The notes beneath the pieces were generated by a model. The model had not been told where the DNA came from. It saw nothing but the letters and a program-made list of their open reading frames with translations, and ran no database searches. A stretch of DNA of 64,000 nucleotides from Sphingomonas sp. (GTDB taxonomy: Bacteria; Pseudomonadota; Alphaproteobacteria; Sphingomonadales; Sphingomonadaceae): assembly GCF_048595155.1 (NCBI RefSeq), contig NZ_JBMDXN010000005.1:21015-85014 (forward strand), read 5' to 3'. Positions 29,772-39,333 of the stretch are shown here, in pieces; within the stretch, counting starts at the first letter, position 1; every line of letters begins with the position of its first letter. The position numbers and the translations under genes were made by a program.

Positions 29772-30857
29772 ATGGACGGGGAGGAGCAGCCCATACGCAA
29801 GATCATCCATATCGATATGGATGCCTTCTATGCGTCGGTCGAACAGCGCGACAATCCGGACCTGCGCGGCAAGCCCGTGGCGGTCGGGGGCACGCGCGAA
29901 CGTGGTGTCGTCGCTGCGGCAAGTTATGAGGCACGCGTCTATGGCATACGATCGGCGATGGCGTCGGTCACTGCACGCCGCCGCTGCCCCGACCTGATTT
30001 TCGTCAAGCCGCGTTTCGAGGTCTATTCCGCCATCAGCCGGCAGATCCGCGCCATTTTCGCCGACTATACCGAAGCGATCGAACCCCTCTCGCTGGACGA
30101 GGCCTATCTCGACGTATCGGGCGCGGCGTCGGCGCGGGCGATCGCGCAGGAGATACGGGCGCGGATCAAGGCGGACGTCGGCCTAACGGCGTCGGCGGGC
30201 GTGTCGTACAACAAGTTCATCGCCAAGCTGGCGTCGGACCAGAACAAACCGGACGGATGCTGCGTCATTCCGCCCGAACGCGGGCCGCTATTTGTCGAGA
30301 GCCTTCCCGTCAAACGCTTCCACGGCGTGGGGCCGAAAACGGCGGAAAAGATGGGGCGCCTGGGCATCGAAACGGGCGCGGACCTGAAAGCGCAGACCCT
30401 GCAATTCCTGGAAGCTCAATTCGGCAGTTTCGCGGCCTACCTCTATGGGGCTGCACGCGGGATCGATCATCGCCCGGTGCGATCCAATCGTATCCGCAAA
30501 TCCGTCGGGGCCGAACGCACCTTCTTCGAGGATATCAGCGACCCGGCAGAACTTGCGACAGCATTGGAGACCGTGCTGGATGCGCTGATGGAAAGGATCG
30601 CGCGGGCGGGGTCAGTCGGGCGGACGGTGACGCTGAAGGTAAAATATTCCGACTTCCATCAGATCACCCGCGCACGGAGCTTCACGGTTCCGATCAGTGA
30701 ACGCAGCGCAATCAGTGCGGCCGGGCAGGGGCTGCTGTCCGCCTTGTGCCCCGTACCACGCGGTGTGCGGCTGTTGGGCCTTACCCTGTCCGCTCTGGTC
30801 GAGGATGAGGGCGAGGACGACCCGTTGAGCAAGGCGCAGCTTGGCCTTTCGCTGTGA
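29772..30857 (+). CDS. dinB: DNA polymerase IV
   Basis: 361 aa; IIHIDMDAFYASVEQRD, SLDEAYLDV, Y-family palm/fingers/little-finger layout. Confidence 0.93.
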   Translation: MDGEEQPIRKIIHIDMDAFYASVEQRDNPDLRGKPVAVGGTRERGVVAAASYEARVYGIRSAMASVTARRRCPDLIFVKPRFEVYSAISRQIRAIFADYTEAIEPLSLDEAYLDVSGAASARAIAQEIRARIKADVGLTASAGVSYNKFIAKLASDQNKPDGCCVIPPERGPLFVESLPVKRFHGVGPKTAEKMGRLGIETGADLKAQTLQFLEAQFGSFAAYLYGAARGIDHRPVRSNRIRKSVGAERTFFEDISDPAELATALETVLDALMERIARAGSVGRTVTLKVKYSDFHQITRARSFTVPISERSAISAAGQGLLSALCPVPRGVRLLGLTLSALVEDEGEDDPLSKAQLGLSL

Positions 30858-31311
30858 AAGGCCAGTCGATCACATTGCCTGCGAAAAGGCAGCACCAGAC
30901 GATCACCGGCTGAAAGAGCAGCCGCGGCCCGTGGTACAGCCAGCCGGCCCAGCCGCTGCCACGCTCGGCGAAGATCAGGGCATGCTGGATGTTGGCCGGA
31001 AAAACGCACACCGAGTAGAGCGCAAGCATGATCCCGGCGAGACGGCGCATGGGCGGTAGGAGAAGACCGGCTGCGCCGAGCAGCTCGCACACGCCCGTTA
31101 CGAAGATAATTATTTCGGGCGCCGGCACCCAATGCGGCGTGATGCGCAAAAAGGGCGCGGGATGCGCGATGTGGAAATAACCGGCTAGCGCGAATGCGAC
31201 GACCAGCAGGGAGCGCACCAGGGTTCGTGAACGTGAGTTCGCTACAGATGGAGGGGCGCTATCCGAGCTATCGTGCCGGGCCCGATCAGAGACGTCATCG
31301 CGAGCGGTCAT
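30781..31311 (-). CDS. DoxX-family membrane protein
   Basis: 176 aa with four hydrophobic segments (LLVVAFALAGYFHI, IIIFVTGVCELLGAAGLLL, IMLALYSVCVFPANI, VIVWCCLF); ATGA overlap with the upstream oxidase; 3' end overlaps dinB by 77 nt. Confidence 0.7.
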   Translation of the reverse strand: MTARDDVSDRARHDSSDSAPPSVANSRSRTLVRSLLVVAFALAGYFHIAHPAPFLRITPHWVPAPEIIIFVTGVCELLGAAGLLLPPMRRLAGIMLALYSVCVFPANIQHALIFAERGSGWAGWLYHGPRLLFQPVIVWCCLFAGNVIDWPFTAKGQAAPCSTGRPRPHPRPERTG

Positions 31312-32546
31312 CCGTGCAGGCCGGCACCTTTCAGCGCCGCCTCGACGCGGTCGGCGGCATCGAGCCCGCTTTGCCAGGCGCCGTGGACGGTCGAGAAATC
31401 GTGCGGCGAGCAGGCCTCCCCGGCAAAGTGCAGCCGCTCGCTTGGCGGCTTTGCCAGGATTGCCCGCTTGTCCGCATGACCCGGCAGCGCATGGCTATAA
31501 GCGCCCCCGATCGTCGCTTCGCGGTGCCACCAACTGCCTGCCATCGGGTGCAGGCGCGCGGTGATGTCGCTTCCCAGCAGCTTGCCCAGCTCTTCCAGGG
31601 CGAATGCCACGCGGCCGGCGTCGCCAGCTTCTTCCATGGCGCGAGCGGCAACCCCGCCGAAGAAGCATTCGATCACGGGATAACCGAGAGGCCTCAAATA
31701 ATAGCTGCCGGTCAATGCGCTATGTGGGTTGCCCAACAGGTGGCTTTCCGGGGGTACGTCCTCCGGATGCTCCATCGCCAGGAACAATTTGTCGACGCGG
31801 CCGAGCGGCAGGCAGGCGGCGGCGTGGAGATGATCGTCCACCGGCCGCGGGAACGCAATGTCGCCGCGCGCGAGAATGTCGGTGGGAACGGCAATGATCA
31901 CCGCGTCGGCACGGATTGGGCCCTGCTCGCAATCAAGCTGCACCATTCCCCCGGTGTCGTCGATGCGCGTGACGCGCATGTTCAGCCGAACCCTCAGCGG
32001 CGCGGCGGCCTGCGCGATCAGCGTGCCATAGCCTTCCGGGAGGCGCCAATTCAGCTCCGACGCATGATCGTCGTAAGCGAGCAGATCCCGTGCGGAGACA
32101 TGATCCAGCTCCGCGCCGTTGAGCGCGCCGCTGACCATATCGAGATAGCCGCGCCAAGGATCATCGCGCGCAACGACGTTGCCCGCGCAATCGCCCGCCA
32201 CATCGCCATGAAGCCGTTCTTCAAAGGCGTCATACGCCTGTTGCGCCGCGCGTTGCTCCGATGCGCTGAAGCCGACGTTGCGAAGCTGATTACGCCACGC
32301 GCCCTCAGACCTGTCGAGCGTGGCACCGAATGCCGCGGCAAGATCGACGAGCGGATTTCGTTCGGCCGAATGAAGCCAACCGCAGCCAAGATCGAGCGGT
32401 ACGCCCTGCACGACCCGGGTATGGGCACGACCGCCCGGCCGTTCCATTGCTTCAAGGATCAGCACGCGCCGACCACGATCCTGCAGACGCCGCGCCGCTG
32501 CAATTCCTGCCGCCCCGGCACCGACGATAACGACCTCTGGCTCCAC
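31308..32546 (-). CDS. FAD-dependent amine oxidase (flavin monoamine oxidase family)
   Basis: 412 aa; N-terminal VVIVGAGAAGIAAARRL..LEA..RPGGR dinucleotide fold; C-terminal FAGEA motif. Confidence 0.85.
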   Translation of the reverse strand: MEPEVVIVGAGAAGIAAARRLQDRGRRVLILEAMERPGGRAHTRVVQGVPLDLGCGWLHSAERNPLVDLAAAFGATLDRSEGAWRNQLRNVGFSASEQRAAQQAYDAFEERLHGDVAGDCAGNVVARDDPWRGYLDMVSGALNGAELDHVSARDLLAYDDHASELNWRLPEGYGTLIAQAAAPLRVRLNMRVTRIDDTGGMVQLDCEQGPIRADAVIIAVPTDILARGDIAFPRPVDDHLHAAACLPLGRVDKLFLAMEHPEDVPPESHLLGNPHSALTGSYYLRPLGYPVIECFFGGVAARAMEEAGDAGRVAFALEELGKLLGSDITARLHPMAGSWWHREATIGGAYSHALPGHADKRAILAKPPSERLHFAGEACSPHDFSTVHGAWQSGLDAADRVEAALKGAGLHG

Positions 32547-32623
32547 GTCCTGATCCTCGATCCGGCTTGACCTTGGGCCAAAGCAGTTTCAGGCGTTACG
32601 TTCCGTCGCGACGAGAGGACTGA

Positions 32624-34156
32624 ATGCTGGCAATCCTGCAGAAGCTGGAAGAAAAGCGTGCCCAGGCAAAAATGGGCGGCGGGCAAAAGCGCATCGACGC
32701 CCAACATGCCAAGGGACGACTAACCGCACGCGAGCGGCTGGACGTCTTGCTGGATCCCGGTTCGTTCGAAGAACTCGACATGTATGTCGAGCATAATTGC
32801 GTCGATTTCGGCATGGCCGATCAGGTCGTACCGGGCGATGGCGTGGTGACCGGATCGGGCACGATCAACGGCCGCCTGGTATTCGTGTTCAGCCAGGACT
32901 TCACCGTTTTCGGTGTCTCGCTGTCCGAACGGCATGCTCAGAAGATCTGCAAGGTGATGGATATGGGCTTGAAGGTTGGCGCCCCTGTTATCGGCCTCAA
33001 CGATTCGGGCGGGGCGCGCATCCAGGAAGGCGTGGCCAGCCTGGGCGGCTATGCCGAGGTCTTTCAGCGCAATGTGCTCGCGTCGGGCGTGGTGCCGCAG
33101 ATCAGCCTGATCATGGGGCCGTGCGCCGGCGGTGCGGTCTATTCGCCGGCGATGACCGACTTCATCTTCATGGTGAAGGACAGCTCCTACATGTTCGTGA
33201 CCGGTCCGGAGGTCGTAAAGACGGTCACGAACGAAGTGGTGACGCAGGAAGAGCTGGGCGGCGCGGTGACACATACGGCCAAATCCGGCGTGGCGGATGT
33301 CGCGTTCGAGAACGATATCGAGGCGTTGCTGGCAACGCGCGCTTTCTTCGATTTTCTGCCTCTATCGAACCGCCACGATCTTCCGGAACGGCCGACGGAG
33401 GACCGGTGGGACCGGACCGATCCCAGCCTGGACACGCTCATCCCGGACAGCGCCAACAAGCCCTATGACATGAAGGAGCTAATCGCGAAGGTCGTCGATG
33501 AGGGCGACTTCTTCGAGGTGCAGCCGACCCATGCCGGCAATATCCTGATCGGCTTCGGCCGGATCGAGGGACGCACGATCGGCATCGTCGCCAATCAGCC
33601 GATGGTGCTGGCGGGCGTGCTGGACATCAATTCGTCGAAGAAGGCGGCGCGGTTCGTGCGCTTCTGCGACGCCTTCGAAATACCGATCGTGACGTTCGTC
33701 GACGTACCGGGTTTCCTGCCGGGCGTGGCGCAGGAGCATAACGGCATCATCAAACATGGCGCCAAGCTGCTCTTTGCTTATGGCGAGGCGACCGTGCCCA
33801 AGATCACGGTGATTACCCGCAAGGCGTATGGCGGCGCCTATGACGTCATGGCGTCCAAGCATCTGCGCGGAGACCTCAATTATGCTTGGCCGACCGCGGA
33901 GATCGCGGTGATGGGCGCGAAGGGGGCGGTGGAGATCATCTTCCGCCAAGAGGCAAAGGATCCGGAGAAGCTCGCGCAGCGCACAGCCGAATATGAGGCA
34001 AGGTTCGCCAATCCGTTCGTTGCGGCGAGCAAGGGCTTCATCGACGAAGTGATCATGCCCCGTTCGACCCGGCGTCGCATCGCGCTTGGGCTGCGGAAGC
34101 TGCGGAATAAGCAGCTCGATAACCCTTGGAAGAAGCACGACAATATTCCGTTGTAG
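32624..34156 (+). CDS. pccB: propionyl-CoA carboxylase beta subunit (carboxyltransferase)
   Basis: 510 aa; full-length carboxyltransferase ([14 protein letters not shown].., [17 protein letters not shown]-terminus) typical of PccB. Confidence 0.93.
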   Translation: MLAILQKLEEKRAQAKMGGGQKRIDAQHAKGRLTARERLDVLLDPGSFEELDMYVEHNCVDFGMADQVVPGDGVVTGSGTINGRLVFVFSQDFTVFGVSLSERHAQKICKVMDMGLKVGAPVIGLNDSGGARIQEGVASLGGYAEVFQRNVLASGVVPQISLIMGPCAGGAVYSPAMTDFIFMVKDSSYMFVTGPEVVKTVTNEVVTQEELGGAVTHTAKSGVADVAFENDIEALLATRAFFDFLPLSNRHDLPERPTEDRWDRTDPSLDTLIPDSANKPYDMKELIAKVVDEGDFFEVQPTHAGNILIGFGRIEGRTIGIVANQPMVLAGVLDINSSKKAARFVRFCDAFEIPIVTFVDVPGFLPGVAQEHNGIIKHGAKLLFAYGEATVPKITVITRKAYGGAYDVMASKHLRGDLNYAWPTAEIAVMGAKGAVEIIFRQEAKDPEKLAQRTAEYEARFANPFVAASKGFIDEVIMPRSTRRRIALGLRKLRNKQLDNPWKKHDNIPL

Positions 34157-34193
34157 GCGTCTCTGTTCGACGCTTAACAGGGCAGCGTAAGCG

Positions 34194-34973
34194 ATGGCAA
34201 AGTCGAAACCAACGATCATCATCGCCGTGATCATCGGGGCATTGATTGGCGGCTGGATCACCAGAAACGGCTTCGATGCCCAGAGGGACACGGCCGTCTT
34301 GCTTGCACTGGTGATGCCTTTAGCGCTGGGCATCGGGATCTATAATCTCATCGTCAACGCGCAGCGGCGGAACCGCAAAGTGGATCTACGCAGCGACGCC
34401 GAGCGGCGTTACCTTTTGGCCGATCGACCCAGTTCCGGTGCGCGAGTGCTCATCTACCGAGAAGGGTTCATCGCGAAGATGTCGGGGTTCGATATAGCGA
34501 TTGACGGCGTGCTTCGCGCACAGCTCCAGAGCCCTCAGGCGGTCGCGATCGATCTACCGCCTGGAGGGCATGTTTTGATGGTGGGCGTTCCCCATCGCAA
34601 GCCGCAGTCCTTCTCGTTCACGCTTGCGTTCGGCGAAATCGCTGTGATCCGGATAGCGATGCGGACCGCCATCACCGGCTGCCAGATAGCGAGCCAGCCG
34701 TTGAACGAGGCGCTCCCTAGCTTGCGGACGTACCGATGGTGCAGCCGATTGCGATGGCTTGAGGTACGGACGGCAACCGACGTGTGGGAGGCTTGTTGCC
34801 AGAACTCAGGACCCTTCGGAACAAATAGCGCGAAAAGCCCTAAAAGAAGTACAGCAATATCCCGCTTAGGAAGCTCACCGGGGCGCGTGTGCGACCGCGT
34901 GGGCCTATCGCCGGATCTTGGCAGCTTACTGCGATTTTTGGAGGAAGGAACGGCCGGACCGGCTCTTTGTTGA
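34194..34973 (+). CDS. hypothetical membrane protein, paralog 1 (DUF2846-like C-terminal domain?) with an atypical C-terminal tail
   Basis: N-terminal two TM segments, then ARVLIYREGFIAKMSGFDIAIDGV..AIDLPPGGHVLMV; roughly half the residues match the next ORF by eye; the last ~68 aa have no counterpart and lie in AT-richer DNA. Confidence 0.55.
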   Translation: MAKSKPTIIIAVIIGALIGGWITRNGFDAQRDTAVLLALVMPLALGIGIYNLIVNAQRRNRKVDLRSDAERRYLLADRPSSGARVLIYREGFIAKMSGFDIAIDGVLRAQLQSPQAVAIDLPPGGHVLMVGVPHRKPQSFSFTLAFGEIAVIRIAMRTAITGCQIASQPLNEALPSLRTYRWCSRLRWLEVRTATDVWEACCQNSGPFGTNSAKSPKRSTAISRLGSSPGRVCDRVGLSPDLGSLLRFLEEGTAGPALC

Positions 34974-35004
34974 TCATGGGTCAGAATGCAAAAGGGGACG
35001 ATCA

Positions 35005-35580
35005 ATGATGAAATCCAAGCCCGTAATCATTGTCATGGCCATCCTGGGCGCGATTATCGGCGTCTGGGCCGGTTCGCATGTAGGCGATTCCGGTTTTGCG
35101 CAGCTGCTGATGCTCGGCATCTTTGGATTGCTGGCCTATTTGATTTTCAATGGACTGCGGCGAAATCGCAAGCTTGAGGTGGTCAGCGCGGCGGACCGCA
35201 ATCGCATCCTCGGCGATCAGCCAAGTGGGGCGCGTGCCATTGTCTACCGCGAGGGCTTCGTGGCAAAATTGTCCGGCTTCGACATTGCCATCGATGGCGT
35301 GGATCATGCGCAGCTCAAGAGCCCGCAATCGGTGGCGATCGATCTGCCGCCTGGCGACCATGAACTGGTGGTCCGCATGGCAGGGAAGCCCCAGCCGGCC
35401 TTTCCGTTTGCCGTCGGTGCTGGGGAGGTCGCCGTGCTCCGGATCGGCATGAGCATGACCGGGTGTGAGATCACGCGCGAGGACGGCCCTCAATCCCTGC
35501 TCAAGCTGGCTTCCATCCCGATGGTCCGTCCGGATACGGCGCCCGCCGCAGCCATCACACCCACGCCAGCCTGGTCGTGA
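35005..35580 (+). CDS. hypothetical membrane protein, paralog 2 (DUF2846-like C-terminal domain?)
   Basis: AAAGGGGA 6 nt before ATG 35005; MMKSKPVIIVMAILGAIIG.., ARAIVYREGFVAKLSGFDIAIDGV..AIDLPPGDHELVV. Confidence 0.65.
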   Translation: MMKSKPVIIVMAILGAIIGVWAGSHVGDSGFAQLLMLGIFGLLAYLIFNGLRRNRKLEVVSAADRNRILGDQPSGARAIVYREGFVAKLSGFDIAIDGVDHAQLKSPQSVAIDLPPGDHELVVRMAGKPQPAFPFAVGAGEVAVLRIGMSMTGCEITREDGPQSLLKLASIPMVRPDTAPAAAITPTPAWS

Positions 35581-35616
35581 AGCGCGCGGCGGCCAACATG
35601 AACGGATGATAGCAAG

Positions 35617-36033
35617 ATGATGTTCGGCCGCCTTAATCATGTAGGAATAGCGACGCCGTCGATCGAGGCGGCGGTGGCGCTCTATCGCGATCGCCTCGGC
35701 GCGACCGCTATCGGTATTCCCTTCGATCTTCCGGCGCAGGGCGTGCGGGTATGCTTCGTCGATACGCCGAACAGCCAGATCGAGCTGCTTGAGCCGTTGG
35801 GAGACGATAGTCCGATCCGGCGTTTTCTGGCGAAGAACCCGTTCGGGGGGCAGCATCACATCTGCTTCGAAGTGCCCGATGTGGTTGCGGCCAAGGAGGA
35901 GCTGGAAGCCGGCGGCGCAACCGTGTTAGGCGATCCCCGGATCGGCGCGCACGGCACGCTGGTCATCTTCGTTCATCCCAAGGACATGGGCGGCGTGCTG
36001 GTCGAACTTATGGAGACGCCGGGTGCGCATTGA
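35617..36033 (+). CDS. mce: methylmalonyl-CoA epimerase
   Basis: 138 aa VOC-fold; LNHVGIATPSIEAAVALYRD..QHHICFEV..GVLVELME typical of Mce. Confidence 0.88.
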   Translation: MMFGRLNHVGIATPSIEAAVALYRDRLGATAIGIPFDLPAQGVRVCFVDTPNSQIELLEPLGDDSPIRRFLAKNPFGGQHHICFEVPDVVAAKEELEAGGATVLGDPRIGAHGTLVIFVHPKDMGGVLVELMETPGAH

Positions 36034-36102
36034 CTTCTCTCCGTGCCAGTTCGCGCGCTGGCATGATCCCGTCGGGCAGGATGCGTTCATACGGGCGGTA
36101 GC

Positions 36103-38289
36103 GTGACCGACAAGCCCACCTCTGCGGATTGGGCGGCGCTTGCCGCCAAGGAAGTCAAGGGCCGTGATCTCGGCTGGGAAACGCCCGAGGGCATTCCCGT
36201 CAAACCGCTCTATACGGCCGAGGATGTACGCGAGATCGATCCGGGCCTGCCCGGCTTTGCGCCGTTCACGCGGGGCGTGCGGGCATCCATGTATGCCGGG
36301 CGGCCGTGGACGATCCGGCAATATGCGGGCTTTTCGACCGCGGAGGAGTCCAACGCTTTCTATCGCCGCAACCTTGCGGGCGGGCAGAAGGGGCTGTCGG
36401 TCGCGTTCGATCTGGCGACGCATCGTGGCTATGACAGCGACCATCCGCGGGTGGTCGGCGATGTCGGCAAGGCGGGCGTCGCGATCGACACGGTCGAGGA
36501 TATGAAGATCCTGTTCGACGGCATCCCGTTGGACAAGATGTCGGTCAGCATGACGATGAACGGCGCGGTGATTCCGATCCTGGCCTTCTTCATCGTCGCG
36601 GGCGAGGAGCAGGGCGTCGCCCAGGCGCAACTGGACGGGACGATCCAGAACGACATCCTCAAGGAGTTCATGGTCCGCAACACGTACATTTATCCGCCGG
36701 CACCGAGCATGCGGATCGTGTCGGACATCATCGCCTACACATCGGCCAACATGCCGAAGTTCAACTCCATCTCCATCTCCGGCTATCATATGCAGGAAGC
36801 CGGCGCGACGGCGGTGCAGGAGCTGGCTTTCACCATCGCCGACGGGAAGGAATATGCCAAGGCGGCGATGGCGGCGGGGTTGGACATTGACGCCTTTGCA
36901 GGACGTTTGAGCTTCTTCTTCGCGATCGGCATGAACTTCTTCATGGAGGTGGCGAAGCTGCGCGCCGCCCGCAAATTGTGGCATGGCATTATGGATGGCC
37001 TGGGCGCCAAGGATGCGCGCTCCAAGATGCTGCGGACGCACTGCCAGACATCGGGCGTGTCGCTGACCGAGCAGGATCCGTACAACAATGTGATCCGCAC
37101 CACGGTGGAGGCAATGGCGGCGGCGCTGGGGGGAACCCAGTCGCTCCACACCAATGCGCTGGACGAGGCGATCGCGCTGCCGACCGACTTCTCCGCCCGC
37201 ATCGCGCGCAACACGCAATTGGTGCTGCAGGAGGAAACCGGCATCACCAATGTCGTCGATCCGCTGGGCGGTTCCTATTATGTCGAAGCGTTGACGCAGG
37301 AGCTGCACGACCGGGCGCTGGAGATCATCGACCGGGTCGATGCGGAAGGCGGAATGGCCAAGGCGGTCGCCGCCGGCTGGCCCAAGGCGATGATCGAGGA
37401 AGCGTCCGCCGCCCGTGCCGCACGGGTCGATCGGCACGAGGACGTGATCGTTGGCGTCAACAAATATACGCTGCCCGAGCAGGACGAATTGTCGATCCTG
37501 GACGTCGACAATCATGCGGTGCGCGCCGGGCAGATCGCACGGCTCGAGCGGATCAAGGCAAGCCGCGATGAAGCCGCCTGTCAGGCGACGCTCGATGCGC
37601 TGCGCGCTGGCGCGTGCGCGTCACCGCTTCAACAAGCCCAGCCAGAGCAGGGCGGGGTAGGAACGAACCTGCTGGCGCTGGCCGTGGATTGCGCCCGTGC
37701 CCGGGCCACGTTGGGCGAGATCAGCCAGGCGATGGAAGATGCGTTTGGCCGTTATGGCACGACGCCCACGCCTGTCTCCGGCGTCTATGGCGGCGCTTAT
37801 ACCGATGATCGCCGCTGGGGTGCGCTGGTGGAAGGTGTGGAGGCTGTCGCCCGTCGGCAGGGGCGGCGGCCCCGCATGCTGGTCGCGAAGATGGGGCAGG
37901 ATGGGCATGACCGGGGCGCGAACCTGGTATCGTCCGCGTTCGGCGATCTCGGCTTCGAGATTATCGCCGGGCCCTTGTTCCAGACGCCGTCGGAAGCCGC
38001 GCAATTGGCGCTGGAACGCGATGTCGACGTGGTGGGGGCATCCAGCCTGGCCGCAGGACACAAGACGCTGATCCCGGAGCTCATTCAGAAGCTGCGCGAG
38101 GCGGGGCGGACTGATATCAAGGTCATCGCGGGCGGGGTTATCCCGGCTCAGGATTATGCGTTCCTGCGCGATGCGGGGGTACAGGCGATCTTTGGGCCAG
38201 GAACCAATCTGGTAGCTGCGGCAGGCGAAGTGTTGCGTTTGCTGGGGCATAATTTGCCGCCCGAAGATGTGAGTGAGGCTGCCGAATGA
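36103..38289 (+). CDS. scpA: methylmalonyl-CoA mutase (single-chain, B12-dependent)
   Basis: 728 aa, GTG start; TIM-barrel substrate domain ([23 protein letters not shown]) and C-terminal B12 domain with GQDGHDRGA. Confidence 0.93.
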   Translation: MTDKPTSADWAALAAKEVKGRDLGWETPEGIPVKPLYTAEDVREIDPGLPGFAPFTRGVRASMYAGRPWTIRQYAGFSTAEESNAFYRRNLAGGQKGLSVAFDLATHRGYDSDHPRVVGDVGKAGVAIDTVEDMKILFDGIPLDKMSVSMTMNGAVIPILAFFIVAGEEQGVAQAQLDGTIQNDILKEFMVRNTYIYPPAPSMRIVSDIIAYTSANMPKFNSISISGYHMQEAGATAVQELAFTIADGKEYAKAAMAAGLDIDAFAGRLSFFFAIGMNFFMEVAKLRAARKLWHGIMDGLGAKDARSKMLRTHCQTSGVSLTEQDPYNNVIRTTVEAMAAALGGTQSLHTNALDEAIALPTDFSARIARNTQLVLQEETGITNVVDPLGGSYYVEALTQELHDRALEIIDRVDAEGGMAKAVAAGWPKAMIEEASAARAARVDRHEDVIVGVNKYTLPEQDELSILDVDNHAVRAGQIARLERIKASRDEAACQATLDALRAGACASPLQQAQPEQGGVGTNLLALAVDCARARATLGEISQAMEDAFGRYGTTPTPVSGVYGGAYTDDRRWGALVEGVEAVARRQGRRPRMLVAKMGQDGHDRGANLVSSAFGDLGFEIIAGPLFQTPSEAAQLALERDVDVVGASSLAAGHKTLIPELIQKLREAGRTDIKVIAGGVIPAQDYAFLRDAGVQAIFGPGTNLVAAAGEVLRLLGHNLPPEDVSEAAE

Positions 38290-39296
38290 ACGAGATTAGT
38301 GCAATTGCTCCGGCGCCGGTGGCGCCGCTGGATCGCGGCGACGTTGCCGCGCTCTTCAACCTTCCGTTCATGGAGCTGGTTTTTCGCGCGGCCGAGATAC
38401 ACCGCCTGCACCACGACCCCAATCGCGTCGAACGTGCGACCCTGCTGTCGATCAAGACCGGTGGGTGTGCCGAGGATTGCGGCTATTGCTCGCAATCGGC
38501 CTATGCCGAGAGCGGCCTGAAAGCCTCCAAGCTGATGGACGTGGACGCCGTGCTGGAAGCGGCGCGCGAAGCCAAGGCGGCGGGATCGGAACGCTTCTGC
38601 ATGGGCGCGGCATGGCGCGAGCCCAAGGACCGCGACATGGATGCCATCTGCGCGATGGTGGAGGGCGTGAACGCGCTGGGGCTGCAGAGCTGCATGACGC
38701 TGGGGATGCTGAGCGACGAACAGGCGCAGCGGCTGGGCGACGCCGGGCTCGATTATTACAACCACAATCTCGACACGTCGCCCGAACATTATGACAAGGT
38801 GATCACGACGCGCACGTGGCAGGACCGGCTCGACACGCTGGATCGGGTGCGCGGGCAGGGGATCAATGTCTGCTGCGGCGGCATCGTCGGGATGGGTGAG
38901 ACTCGGGAGGACCGTGTCGGCTTTCTCCACGCTTTGGCGACCTTGCCCGAGGCGCCGGAGAGCGTGCCGATCAACGCGTTGGTGCCGGTGCCGGGCACGG
39001 TGCTGGGCGATATCCTGAAGGACGTGCCGAGCGCGCGCATCGACGATATCGAGTTTGTCCGGACGGTCGCCGTCGCGCGCATCCTGATGCCCACGTCGGT
39101 CGTGCGCCTTTCCGCCGGGCGTGAGAGCATGTCCGAGGCGACACAGGCTTTGTGCTTCCTCGCCGGCGCCAGTTCAATCTTCACCGGCGACAAGCTGCTG
39201 ACGACCGGCAATGCGGGAACCGACAAGGACAGCCTGTTATTCGCGAAGCTTGGGCTGAATGCGGCTGCGCAAAGCGAACCGGCGCCGATGGCATGA
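38286..39296 (+). CDS. bioB: biotin synthase
   Basis: 336 aa; radical-SAM [11 protein letters not shown], later YNHNLDTS and [10 protein letters not shown] motifs; ATGA overlap with the mutase. Confidence 0.92.
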   Translation: MNEISAIAPAPVAPLDRGDVAALFNLPFMELVFRAAEIHRLHHDPNRVERATLLSIKTGGCAEDCGYCSQSAYAESGLKASKLMDVDAVLEAAREAKAAGSERFCMGAAWREPKDRDMDAICAMVEGVNALGLQSCMTLGMLSDEQAQRLGDAGLDYYNHNLDTSPEHYDKVITTRTWQDRLDTLDRVRGQGINVCCGGIVGMGETREDRVGFLHALATLPEAPESVPINALVPVPGTVLGDILKDVPSARIDDIEFVRTVAVARILMPTSVVRLSAGRESMSEATQALCFLAGASSIFTGDKLLTTGNAGTDKDSLLFAKLGLNAAAQSEPAPMA

Positions 39297-39333
39297 TGGA
39301 CGATCGTCAAGGCGACGGATTGCTGGAGCGCTG

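Noticed and set aside
32547-32623. PccR-type operator (TTTGCAAA repeats) upstream of pccB and a LiuR-type palindrome upstream of ivd (41314-41371)
   Set aside because: Neither remembered motif is present in these short intergenic regions.
34535-35005. 156-aa minus-strand ORF overlapping the tail of paralog 1
   Set aside because: It has no motifs or SD and a poor composition. It overlaps conserved coding sequence of paralog 1 at its 3' half. The underlying DNA is still flagged as odd in the findings.
35926-37515. 529-aa minus-strand ORF across mce and the methylmalonyl-CoA mutase
   Set aside because: It is antisense to two well-supported genes, has an arginine- and aspartate-rich junk composition, and has no start context.
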